DNA from: Diadema antillarum
Taxonomy: Eukaryota
DNA: 64,000 bases
Direction of reading: 5' to 3'
Assembly: GCF_040938485.1 (NCBI RefSeq)
Contig: NW_027271282.1
Span: 496,001-560,000 of the forward strand
The notes under the pieces were generated by a model. That model saw only the letters and a list, made by a program, of their open reading frames with translations, was not told the DNA's origin and ran no database searches. The position numbers were made by a program, and so were the translations under genes. This document shows positions 24,301-38,200 of this stretch, in pieces (positions within the stretch are counted from its first letter, which is position 1; each line of letters starts with the position of its first letter).

Positions 24301-27300
24301 ATCGACAAAGAAAAGAATGTGATATAGGCACCTTGAAGTTATATTGAGCGTGCATGCGAAACCGTATCTGTAACCACTCGACCACGGGTCATCCACGGAA
24401 ATGGTAAGACAAAAAAACAACAACAATGTATAGATATAACGGGGGGAAAGTCAATGCCCACTCAACTAACGTGGCCGTGTGAACATCTATTGCATTGCTA
24501 GACGGAAAAGCGGCCTTGTAACGACTGAGGTCGCTATGCCATTTCTGGCAACTTGGGAAAAATACGTCCCGCAGACATAAAACCTATAATCGGCTGGTTT
24601 TGATACCTTGCCTTTAATCACAATTTTCAGTGTAATGACGTCATCAAATTACAAAACAATGACATGGTCTTGAAAGAAAATTGTTCAAAGTACAACACCT
24701 CAGTCGTCGTCATTACATACTATGATCGGTTTGACAAAGTCAACCTGCAAAATGTTGCTGCAGTCGAAGCAATGTGGTCTCCAACACACAAAAAAGAGGG
24801 ATATGGCGTGTGTGTGTGTCTGTGTGTGTGTATAGGTGCGTTTATATACGAACGTGATTTCTACATGGACGAATATGTAATACAAAATTGAAGAAAAAAA
24901 AACAGTAAAGTAGCTAATTATTTTGTTTCGTGATCTTGTGGGGTTCGAACCCGCAACCTCACGTCTCTGAGACGTCGCCTTTAACCACTCGGCGACACGT
25001 CTCGACGGGAAAATATGGGGAACGTTATGGACTTGAAAGACAGTTGTTCAATATATAACACATTCATCGTACGTTGTCAGTTTGCTATTGACATGACGAT
25101 CTATCATTTGAATATGAGGCAGGCATTAGTACCTGTATGAAATTATTATAGGCATGGTTATCAAATTGCCCTAAAATATCCTTATAATTGCCTTATTTTT
25201 ACACACAGTTACGCTATCCCTTTAAACTCGTCACAGTTTAATCAGAATCATTAACATCATACATTAGTACCATATTCAGTTCCATAGCTGATCACGTTTG
25301 CTAATCAATTAAGAGTAATTGTCTAGCATGTGTCATATGGCCAACCTGTATACACACGTATATACACACACACAATGCTAAATGTATGTATCAAACATCT
25401 GTAACACAGCTTTGAACTAACTATAGGAATTATCGCTGCACTTATCATCCATACTTTTTATCACTATCTGAAACTCCACAAAAACCACTAATTGACAAAT
25501 AATCATCAATACAGAAGACTGAATACCTTTTTTACAATGTATAGCTTGTTACATGTATAAATCAGCACAAAGTAACCACGACTACATTGTGTTACTGAAT
25601 TAATATGAACAAATTTCATGTTGTGACAGTATACTATATCAGTTTGAAAAGCCCAACCTGCAAAACTATAATTTTGCAGCAGTCGAAGTAATGCAGTCTC
25701 CAACGCAAAACAAAGGTATACTGTGTGAGTGTGTGCGTATAGGTGTGTTTACATGCAAACGTGATTTCTACATGGACGAAGGTGTAGTACTCTATTGAAG
25801 AAAAAAAGTAAAAAAAATATATTATTTTCTTTCGTGCTCTTGTGAGGATCGAACCCGTACGTGTGCAACCTCACGTTTCTAAGACGACGCCTCTAACCAC
25901 TCGACCATACGTCTCGACGAGAAAATTAGAGGAACGTAAGCTTATGTACGTGAAAGATGAATCAGGAATCGTTTGGTCCGCATTCCATTCTCATTTTCAG
26001 TTTTAAATTGCAAAATTGTCAACCTCATGAGGAGATTTCAAAGAATAAAATGCATGATTACTGCAGCTTATTGTCACAGCTACAACATAAATAAGTTTCA
26101 GAGGAAATGAAGCAAAATCAGCTGAGATAAAGGTGCTTAAACGTTGTCAAGTCAATGCATGGTTTCTAAAAAAATCACCTCCCATAGACATAACACGTAA
26201 ACTTGTCCGATTTTGCGTCTTTACCTTTAAACACAATTTAAAGCATGATGACGTCATCAAATTTCAAAACCATGACATGGACTTGAAAGGCAAATGTTCA
26301 AAGTACAACATATCTGAATTTGGGATAATATTGAGCTTAAACAACAGAGATACGAGCAAATGAATGTCAGAAACAGTACCTCAAAAAAATTAATTCCACT
26401 TTTTTGATTTCAGATGACGATATGATGACGTCATAATGTAATTATGGAAATAATGATACTTGAAACGTCATGTCCAATTTATATGCTTTTGTAATATGCA
26501 ATAAAAACATAGGGTCACCTGACGTTTTAAAGAGCTATGGCGAAATAAACAAAGACATGTTTTTTCACTATATTTGCACATAGACGCGCACGCGAAATTT
26601 GAACTTTGACGCAAGTGCATTGCTTTGTTATTTGTAGGAATCGATTAGAAATCAATGGATATTGTTGCTCAAAGTATCAGGAATCCAAATCTGTCAAAAA
26701 AAGTGTATTTTCATGTTGCTGACGCGCTGTGCGCGCGAAAATGCGCGGACGGACGCGCACGCGCAAAATTGTTTGAAACGCATAAAATTGTCTGAAACTT
26801 CGAGATTTCCCATTGGAAAGTTGTTTTGAGCCTTTTAAAATTTTGACGCGCGCTTACGCGCACTTAATGATGTCCTAGGTAATTAGCATCAAAAGAAGTA
26901 AGATAGAACGTGACCTGAACTTTATGTCCACAAAAAATGATACAGAAATGACCTTTAGTTATGAAGTTATGATCGATCATGTAACATGGTCCAAAAATCA
27001 CAAAATGGCGCCTAGACGACGTCATAGATATGTTACTGTCATGAAAACCTTATTGTGGCTAGATATTGTCATGAGACATGTTCCCTGAAAATGTCATGTT
27101 ATTCCGTAATGTCATTCTTGAGATATTGATGACACAAAATTGTCCAGAAAGAAAGAAGAATAAAAAGAAATAAAGAGAGATTTTGACAATCACAATAGGT
27201 GATACGCTGATAGCGTATCACCTAATTATCAAACAGCGTTCTTTAAAGGAAGAGACAAACAAGCAAACAAGGGCCGGGGAAAGGGCAGCAACGTCTAACA

Positions 27301-28206
27301 AAAAGTACGAGATAGTAAAAATTGACTGACACGTTGAATTATCGAACTTCTGCGAATTTTTTATACTGTCAATTATAAGGATAGGAAGTGGTATAATAGA
27401 ATTGTAGGAAATAGTTAATTAATACACCTAGCTTTAATGTCTAAAATTCGCATATTCAGGCATAATAACTCTTAGGTACTGTCAACTACTTAGACTTACG
27501 TTCACACTTGATGTCCTCAGATGTCCACGTACCATCTGCCTGACATAGCACCTGCTTCTCACCTATTGCCTCAAAGCCAGAGGGACAGCTGAAGGCACAC
27601 GTAGTCCCGTATGGGAGCGGGGAAAGGTGGTTACATCCCGAGAGAGAGGCGGGTGCATGTACAACGAGTTGTGGGCACATTCTTACTGGGAGGGGGAAAG
27701 AAACGGGATGGAATGATGGGATACAAAAAGAGCTGTCAAGTTTCTAGTTTCCGTGGTTCTCAAGTATACATTACAGGTACAAAATACTTACAACTATACA
27801 GTTTGGTAATGAGAGAGCATCGTTTCTACCGGGTTGGGTAGCTTCATTTACTCTTAGCTTGTTTACTCAATCCCATCATGTGACGATAACTAATGTGCAC
27901 AGGCCAAATTCGTAAATCGGTAGTCTTTATCACATTCAAAGCCATTTCCGTCGTATATATACATTGCTGTAAGGAAACTGTGTAAGAAAAAGCAGTGGAG
28001 GTCTCAAAGGCTGACGCTGTTCGTACAATAAAGCTTAAGAATTGAATTGTTTTAACTTGAGACAAACTCAGGGCCGGCGCAGCGTTTTCAAAAGTGTGGG
28101 GGCCCAATTCCGGGTTTCATGAGCTAACAAGCAAAAAATAAACAAACAAACAAAACACGTCGGCTCATCTCTTCTCCCGTCCACTTCCCGGTTTCTTCAG
28201 CTGACA

Positions 28207-28242
<36 letters not shown>

Positions 28243-29252
28243 TCCATTATGTTATTATTTCATCTGTTTTGCTGTATAATCTCTGTATATCTGTGTAATT
28301 CGACTTTTAGTCGCCGACTCAGATTTTATTTGAATAAAGACCTTTTAATCAATCAATCAATCAATCAATCATTTCCGGGTGTTATTTAAAAAAAAAAAGG
28401 TCTTCAGAGAAAAAACATACTAGTAACCTTACCGCCGCCATACTTCAAGATCTCTATCTATTTCTATTTCAGTGCCACTTACGTCCTTCCGGGTTGAAAA
28501 AAGTGTGGGGGCCCGAAGTGATGACACCTTAGGTATTCCTGTGTATGGTGCACAAAAAGTGTGGGGGCCCGAGCCCCCACGGCCCCCACGGCTGCGCCGG
28601 CCATGAAACTAAACAGGGGCGAGATTTTACAACTGTTGATTTAATGCGGAAAATGAAGAAATAATACACGTATACGTTGTAAAGAACAGCTTTATAGTTC
28701 AACTTACTACGGCACATTGGCAGAGCGCTGTCCCAAATAGGTGTGAAGTCAGATGATAGGTCACATGAGACATATTGACGTCCAATCAGCTCGTAGCCCA
28801 GGTCACAGCTAAACTTGCATTGACTGCCGTAGATTGGATCTTCGCACCCGTCCATCGAGCCATGTATCGGGGAGTGCAGGCTGGGACACCTAAAGACTGG
28901 ATGAAGGATCATCCGGGAATCTGTCACTGATTTTTCTCATCAGTTGATGAATAAGAATTATTTCCAAGATTTGCTCTTACATACAACAATGGGTAATAGA
29001 AGGAAACTTGCAACTGATTGACAAATTGCCTACATCGACGCAATTTGTCAATCAGTTGCAATGAAAACATCTCGCCGGAAGAATTTCATGAATTAGAAGG
29101 AAACTTGTGTTGTTTTGGGGTTCTTTTTTAAAGAAGGGAGTGGTTTAAAATCTGACAAACTTACTCAGCATGCCCTTATGAGAGTACCTCGAAATAGCCA
29201 TCGTGGTCATATTGTCATCTGTATCCAGTTTCTGTCGTCAAAATATCTGTAT

Positions 29253-29295
<43 letters not shown>

Positions 29296-32200
29296 GATTT
29301 ATGCTTCTCCCATGTTTACAGATTTTTCAAACAAGTCGATCCTCATTTTTATCTATATTTAGGAAGTTGCTTTATACGACTACGGAAATACCAGTTTCAT
29401 TTGATATTGTCACTTTGTTATTGCTTTCATACTTACTATTTGCCGGCCATGCATACTATCAAATTGTATAATCATCTCAAATTACCTATATATGTGGCAA
29501 CTGGATACTTACGAAGTGAAGTGAAATGAAATGAAATGAAACGGAACGAAACTGAACAAAACGAAACGATACGAAATGAAATGAAATGAAATGCCGTGAA
29601 ATGGAATGAATCTGAATTGACTAAAGTGATACTGAAATAAAGTGAAAATGACATGAAGCCATTAACAAAAACACTACAACGAACCGTGGACATTGATTCT
29701 GACGTCACATCTTGAGGATAGTCCACTGGGGTCTGTGGCTTCGTAGGTTATTGTTGTCACTCCCTCTGGATAAACATCATCAAGGGGGAAGGAACCTGAC
29801 GTGATCCTGTAATTGAGAGTAAAGAGTGGTAAAGATGACTTGGGTCTTTTTCTTTCTTTTTTTTTACAAGCGAAACAATAATGTCAAACCCATTTCAGAA
29901 TACGTTGCTGCTCTCTGGCCCCCTTTTTCTTTAAAAAAAAAACACATATGAGAAAGACATAATTTCAAATACTAGTAATACCATTTGATTTTAAGCTGGC
30001 TTTGCCCAAAGGAGTACTGACCGAAAAACAACAACTACTATGCTTCATGAGACCCTCTACCAATAACAGATACAGACATCAAATTGTAAGAAAATATTTC
30101 AAGAGAAAAGGGGGATTTTAGTTATGTAGGGGATTGTAGGCAAAATAAGGACAAACGATTGATTCTTTTTTCGTAATGGTCTCAGCCTCACATCCGGCAT
30201 TTCGGCGGATTTTAATCGTCATAGATGATTTAGGGTGATTTGGCTTAAATTTGCGTCATTGCGCAATCTTGTCCTGTCTTATTTTCCTCATCTACACTTT
30301 CCTCTCATTACTCTCACCTAATTAACTCTCTTATTCCCAAGAATAACTTCACGAGTACTCGGTGATATTTCTTAGAAGAGATCTAGATACATTTAGAGTA
30401 CTTGACTTTCCCATTTGCTTTCGAATCCAGATTACCGAGTTGTGATGTTTAGGCCCGAGTTGTCCCTGGAAACGGGTTCCGTGAACCTCATCATAGCAGA
30501 GGTGACACCCCTGGTGGCGTTCACATTGATGACGTGAGGGCATTCCACGTCGAAGGATGGTGCCTGGATATCTGTTGGAAGATTGCAGAGCGAGTAGTAT
30601 ACAGGATCATCAAATTAATCTCTTTAGGATCTTTAGGATTAAACGTGTTCCTCCCCGCATCAAATAATCGTGGACGAACACCGTAACTAGAAACCCAAAA
30701 CCCTAAACTGTTCTCAGTTAAAAAACCTACCATTGCTGGTGGAGATTGAAAGAGATTAGTTATTCCTATATGTTAATCTTTTTCAAATTTATACAAGCTT
30801 TAGATCAGTCATCGACGGCTTGATGGATTCAGTGTTCAGCAAGTCATGTTCAGCAAATCAGCTGTAATAATTACGTATGACTGACATCACATATCTTTAT
30901 TGTTGTTGTTTGTTGGTTTGTTTCAGGCCGATAAGAACTACAACAGAGAATGCAGCTTTCATTGGTGTGCGGAGGAAGGCAGTGTGATGTTAAAGTTGAC
31001 TCTTGCTATGCAGACATCAATGGTCTGCTATACAAGCAAAATTTCATGTAAAATGACAAGTGTTGCAGAAGCTAGGTTTTGTCATTAGAATGAGACATGC
31101 TCTTACAAGTATGGCACAAATGTAAAGTACAGCAATGCATAAGTATTACGCCAGGACCATTGACATTTCCACATACCAAATATACTTTTTCATAGATCAT
31201 GAGTTAGGTGACAGTAAGAGTGAAACGAATACACCAGTTTTATTTTCTTAAGTATACTCTCAATATATTCCCAAGAGTCTGGACCATTTTATTTTGAACG
31301 TATCCTCTTTAATCATGTAATTGTCTTGCTGTAAAGTGCTGAGAAATCTTTGTTACTGAAAGTGCAGAAAAAAGTCCTTCAATAATTTTTAGTCTTTAAA
31401 TCAATTCATCAATCTAACAGACAACTGGGGGCTACTTGGATTAGTATGGGTGATAACCTTGGCAGTAGGGCGTGACTAGCTCATTCCAGACTCCATCCGT
31501 AGTGCAGAGGAGAGACTGGGGGCCGTGGAGCTGGAAACCATGGTTACAGGAGAACGAACAGTTGGTTCCAAAGGGAAACGGTGACGGTGTCATACACTCT
31601 GTCGGTGTAGCACTGCCGTGGTCAATGTCGAAACCGGCCTGGCAGGTTTTGATTTCTGGCGAGAAACAAGTGAAAGGTTAGGGTGTCATTCATCGTTATG
31701 GACTGTTAATATTATCGATTGCTTCGCAGTACGGATGTAGACCGTAGATATTCGTCTAATTTGACACATGTACATACGTCTATGTTTGTCTTTTTCCCGG
31801 GTCTTTTTATGTCTCTACCTCCCTGTGTTTACTTAGAGACAAATCAAACCTTTGATTGGAGTCCATTTCTAGAAGCCAAAATAGTTTGCGGGAAGTACAA
31901 CGTACAACGCATAATTTTTATGAGAAAAGATTAGACATTTGCACAAAAAAGTGACATGCAGCCTTGTGCTTTACCAGATTTTGTACATATTTCGAGAATG
32001 TATTTCTGATGTTTGAAAACAAAGAAACAATTTGGAGTTGCAGTCGTCGTGGCATTATAAGCATGAGCAGATTCAAACTTCTGCTGAGAAGAGCATGTTT
32101 TCAGATCCAACATGCAGAATGGGTTTTGTGGAAGTATTGGGCATTGAACAGTCGAATGGTGATTCAAACCCTTTTCTTGGGGCTGACGATTTTGTATGAT

Positions 32201-35200
32201 TTTAGATCGGGTTCGACACCCAACAACATGTACTAACAAAGAAAGAGCTTAGTTGCATCGAAGTGCTGACATAGCTGATTAGATGAGAGTATCAGCAATG
32301 AAGAGACATTACCTTGTAAAAAACATGAACACTGTAATTCTGACTGATGTAAAACCCTAGCCTGCAGAGTTATGAAAGTATTTGAATTATGATTAATTAG
32401 GTCGTTTTACCTGACTGCTAAGGAAGCAATGGATTCTTTTAAGTAATTGGAGCAATGGTTTATGTTCCTTTTGGAGGATTTTGCAAATGTTATATCAATA
32501 AGCTGTTCGGAGTTAGCTCATGGTCACATTGGTCTAAATGACCTTTCTTTTTTCTCAGTCGGTTAGGGGCACTTCACTCGTTTTAGAGCAAAGTAATGCG
32601 CAAGCTTTAAATTATAATTCATTGCTGTTCAAACAAAGAATGAACTTGCTTAGACCAGATGACCAGAATGATCCGTCAGTTAACACTTGGGAAAGCATCC
32701 TTTTCATTATTTTGCATTGAATGTATTAGCAATCTCTTTCTATTGATATTGCCAAATACCACTTTTGCTGTCAGGTGGATGTGCTTGCAAGCAGCATTTG
32801 ATACTGAGGATTACATGAATAATCTTTACATCACCGATGCTTATCCAAGTGAAGTTAAAAACAAACATGCCTGTTTGTTTTAATGACCTTTCTTCTGCTC
32901 ATGCGCAAAGTGGAACTGCGAAATGGCTTAAAATTGTTATGGTTGTAGATTTAATATCATAAATCTTACGATGGAAAAACATTCATGTTTCTTTCTGATA
33001 CTTGTGAGTGGAACGAGCAAGTTCAATGGCGCTGACATGAGAAGAGATGATAGTGTACAGCAATGGAATACCTGTACATTGAAAATCTTGTCCACTGAAA
33101 GTAAAGTCGGCCTGGCAAGACCTGATTGAAACTTCGTCACCATAGGGTGTCCTGTAACCTGGGTTGCATTGAAATTTGCAGGTCGTTCCGTAGGTGACGT
33201 TCGTCGAGCAGTCAGAGCTGAACCCGTTGATTGTCGACGGTAGAGGGCAGCGTACGACTGTAGAACACAAAATTGTACTAAATTTAGTGCTTATTTGACA
33301 TCTTGTATGTTATCCCACAAAAAAAAAAGATGAAAAATAAACAAAATATTGAATAATGATTATAAAAGACACATGATGTCCATTCAACTCCCCATAATGC
33401 TGATTCATTATGCATACCTTAATACCATAACAATTATGAATTAGAATGTAATCATTTGAAGCTGCACAAATGGATGCCCTGGTAAATTGTACTTGTTTAA
33501 AAAAAGAACAGCAAGGCACAATTTCGATCTTTAACAGCTCAAAATTATTGATCAGATGATACTAAAATGGATATGGGGTATTACTGAATAGTGTACACTT
33601 TTGATGGAGGTGGCTTGGATATAAATTACATGTAGTTTCTTGAAATTCATGTTTTTTCATTAAGTTAGGTTCCAGATTTTGTTCATTTTCCANNNNNNNN
33701 NNNNNNNNNNNNNNNNNNNNNNNNNNNNNNNNNNNNNNNNNNNNNNNNNNNNNNNNNNNNNNNNNNNNNNNNNNNNNNNNNNNNNNNNNNNNNNNNNNNN
33801 NNNNNNNNNNNNNNNNNNNNNNNNNNNNNCACTTGTTGGAAAACTAACTTAGAAACTAAACATGAATTTCATAAAACTAAAACCTGATATCATGCCCAAA
33901 TTGTCTTCGACAAAATTTAGCTATGAACCATGTAAGTTTCAGTATCATCAGATGCATACTCATTGAGCTATTAGATGTCATAAGTGTATCATCTATTTTT
34001 AACATCTAGTCTTTGTTATTAAGAAAACGTTAAGTTAGTGAGTTAGCCGGAGGACACCCCTTCACTTTATCAAGGATGTTCATCAGCAAGAATACTGCTG
34101 AAGTTTCTCAAATTAAATGAACAAACAAACGAATAAAGGAAAAAAATATCTACGATTTGAAGCCTGATGATGTCGAAGAGAGATAATAAGAAGCCGAGCG
34201 AGTATTTACTTGTGCAGGCGATATCTGGGCCGGACCAGAAGCCTCGCGTTCTGTCAGCCGATGACCGATTGCATGATTTGGCCGATATCTGTAATACACC
34301 CATCGGGGTGTAGCCAGTTGAGCAGGTTGCTAGGCAACGTGTACCAAACAGACCCCCCAAGAGGCAGCTACCAAAGACGTTCACATTAGACGGAGCCTGC
34401 CAAGGTGGGCAGCGAGTTACTGGGAGTAAAGGAGATAAAGGAACCATGCACAGTTAATTATTATCATACGTTGTACTGTAAGTTTTAGTGCTCTATGCGG
34501 ATATATTGGTCATAGCATTCACAGGATTGTAATGTCTCGAGCTACATCATGAAATAGTCATTTTTAATACTTTTTCCTGTCAGTACTTTTTCTTCTTCAT
34601 CATCATCTTCTTCTTTGCTCCTAACTGAAATTTGCTTTTCGTTCCACATGGCAAGTATTTTCTTGGCTATACAAAGACTGCGTGCAGGTTACAAAACGTC
34701 ATTGTATCAATAGGCACAGTAAAGCACTGGCAGTCAGGATTAACAAAGGATTGCTGACCTCTGATTCGTATAGTAAATGAACAGGTAGCCACATTGCCGG
34801 ACCCGTCAATTGCTCGGTAGACAAGCATATGAGCGCCCTCTTCGAGGGATTGTGGAGGAATGCCAGACAGTTCCGTAGAGTCGATACTGTAAAGACTTGC
34901 CACCAGAGGTGCACCAAGATCGGTTGCCTGTCGGGATGATAGCCGACAAGTTGAGCGCCATCTTTTCAATTTTGAATATTTAGTGTTAACATTATAGCAT
35001 GCTACAAATAGTCACACCTACAACCTTTATTTCATATCAGTTTGCACTGACAACATGAAAGCTGAATATTTCAATGTACGTAATTTCTGTTTTGGCAGAG
35101 AGGTGAAATAATTATGATAGTATTATGAAAAGAAATTATTTACAATGTATGTAGGGATAATTAGCAGCTTTCCAGTACCTTTCGAGATGATGCTCGTATC

Positions 35201-38200
35201 AACATCCCTTATTTCTATCCTTATTAAAAAAAAAAAAGATGTATTGGCTGCTTCGCTTTGTCTACTTGTAGTGCATTATTTTATGACTATTGAATTTTGG
35301 ATTGTAAGTAAATCAAATAAATGAAAAAAAAACAGAAAGTAAATAAGCGTCTATCACGCCTTAGATTTACTGATATATATTATTGGTACTCAGTAAAAGC
35401 CTAAGTTACGAGGTGTAACACCTATACTAACCCCCCCCCCCCCCCAAAAAAAAAAAAAAAAAAATGCGTTCCATGTTATATATCGTTTTCCGGTATAAAA
35501 GATACCGGACTAGCCGAAATACTGGTAAATGTATAATAAGCTATGATTGCTGTAGTCGTAAATACTGTTGCATGAAATCAAGCTCCTCCACTTTTTCACA
35601 GTGGCAAAATGATTAATTTCTGAGCAGGTTCAAAAATAGTTTTACGGAAAATAACACAGGTTCAAGCTGTGAGATCCCTTGATCAGAATCGAAGTAGAAA
35701 AAAAAATCTTGGGATTTTCAGGGTTGAAGTGAAACACGTGAAATTCGTTTTCTTATTTACCAATGGAGTTCATTCACACATCTATACTATCGCATTCTTC
35801 TAGACAAATTTTTGAGATGTTTTTACCCGTATCTCTTGGAGAGAAGACTGTAGGTGTGAGATAAGGATAAACCTAGTAAAAAGTTACCATGAGAGGCTCC
35901 CACTCATCCCAAGGAATGAGGGCTGCTGTTTCTATCAAGCTGGTCCAGTACTCCCGGTCCTGCGGACACTCGAGCAAGGGTGGCGTCACGTCTGAACGTA
36001 ACCATAAAGAACCATGCAGAGAGTAGTAATAATGAGGCCCCCACTTTTTTTTTTTTTGCACAATACATATGATATGAATACATTATTATGGTGGAACAAT
36101 TTCTGAACCCAACACCAGAAAAAAGAAATAAAATGTGGTACGTGGTTAAGCTTTTGTCGATTGCAGGTTTGTTTGTTTGTTTGTTTGTTTTTTGTTTGTT
36201 TGTTGTTGTTTTTTGGGGGCTGCATCTAAGTTGGCGTTCTTTTAATTGTACCCCCCTTGTGAATCATATTTTTCAAGTGGATTCTGTTTATTTTATCATA
36301 GCTGAAATGAGCAAGTAGAATAACAGCTGTCGTTAAAATGATAGTTGCAATATTATTACAATTATTGCTATGAATATCTCGTTATCACAGACACCTGTAA
36401 CATTTATTCATTCACATTCAACATGTCGATTTTCAATAAACTTTCCAATGTATGTATTGAAGTATGGAATGTCTGTATCTATCTTACTGTGTCTCAATCT
36501 ATCCGTTCGTCTTCATTATTCAAAAAACTACTGACAACGATTGCATTGGCCGGTGACAGTGGGGCTGGGCAATCAACAACTGTCGTCATGAATAGGGAAA
36601 CGGGATGATACAAAACGCGGTATACATCAGGTTTGACATTACTTCATAAACGCAAAAGACCAGGCATTAGATGTATATCTCTTTTTAATAGCATATTACT
36701 TTTTATTCTTACATTGAGTGTTTCGTGATTAATTTCATAGTATTTGTAACGAAGTTTTGCCTTCTAACAAAGTACAAAATTTGTTTTCACTTTTGCTCAA
36801 GTCGAGGACCATCAGCACTTTTTACTGTTTTCAAAATGATACGTTACCCGAAAGTTCAAGGATCTACGTTAGATCTGAATACCACATGCACCATGTCGGA
36901 AGTGAGTTGGGTATTGGTAAACAAGGATAAGAGAGGGGAAATAAATAACATCGATTCGTCTTCAAACTCTTCCAGTGGTTTATCGCTTTGTCCTTATCTT
37001 TTTTTTCATTATAAATTTTAATGGACGTGTGTTTATGCTAATCTTTGAAATATGCGGCTGTGGTGACAGGATTTGCAGTATTGGGGGATATAGGATTCCA
37101 TCTGACAAGATGGCTGTAGTCTAACCAGTGCAAGTGAGGAGGGCGCCACTCCAAACTCCTGTCTCATCGTTGTCTCCATCATCAGAGCAGCGCATCTGTA
37201 TGGGCGTGTCGGGCTCGTAACCATGGCGACATGCCAGGGTGCAGTCAGTACCGTACATCTCTCTTTCATTGGTGCATCCTCGTAACTCTGCGTGCTCGGG
37301 AACTGGAAGCTCGCTCACCTCGCAGGAAATAACTAGAAAAAGGGAATAAACTCCGGGCTACATTACCATGATAACGCCGGTCGTGTTTGGTCGAGAAACA
37401 ACGGTTTATCTTAGATACGTGGCAAACTGCGTAATTCACAATTAATAGGTTTACGCAGTGGCCTTCACCTGTAATCAAGCGCATATGGAGGGCAGGGTAT
37501 TTAAGACCGATTTGCATAATTCATTAGGTGAAATCTCCATAACATACTGATTCATATCACACAATCATCTCATCATTTCTTTTTGCCCAGTTTAGCCTGT
37601 CCAATTGTTCTAAACCGAAACGAGTAACTAAAAGCATGAACGAATATAAATTTTGTGATATGAATAAGACTAGAATATCTAGAACACACACTACAGTTTT
37701 CCATAGAAAATAGAATCAGAAAGAAAACCGACAAGGTGCAAGGGACGCGGGCTATTGTGCACCGCACGGAAGCCTAGAAGTTAGAGCACAGAAAGGGATG
37801 GGGAAACAAGATTTACGACGAAACAATGAATAAAGAGATGGCATAGTATAGTGCAAGCTGACATCTTATGCTGTCGTATTGTTTAGCTTTTGTATTTTAT
37901 GCAGCTTTTCGTTTTAATTTCTGCCTATTCTATTTGTATTAGCGAAAAATAATTATCTCAATATTTTAGTATAAATCGGATTGTGAGTGTGTAGACGAAT
38001 GGCCTTGACAACTTTTATTGTTTTTTTTTCATGGAGCATTTCGATATGCTCCATGAAAGAAACAAGATTATCTTGAGCGATTTACGAGCACCCACCGTGG
38101 CACGTCGGGACTTCCCCAGCCCAGGTACGGTCGTCTTGACACGTGAGGGCGTTGTTTCCCTGAAGGTAGTACCCAGGTGAACATGTATATTGGCACTGGT

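Noticed and set aside
24925-25000. Functional tRNA-Leu(CAG)
   Set aside because: Acceptor stem does not pair and the long variable arm is missing; treated as a SINE head or pseudogene
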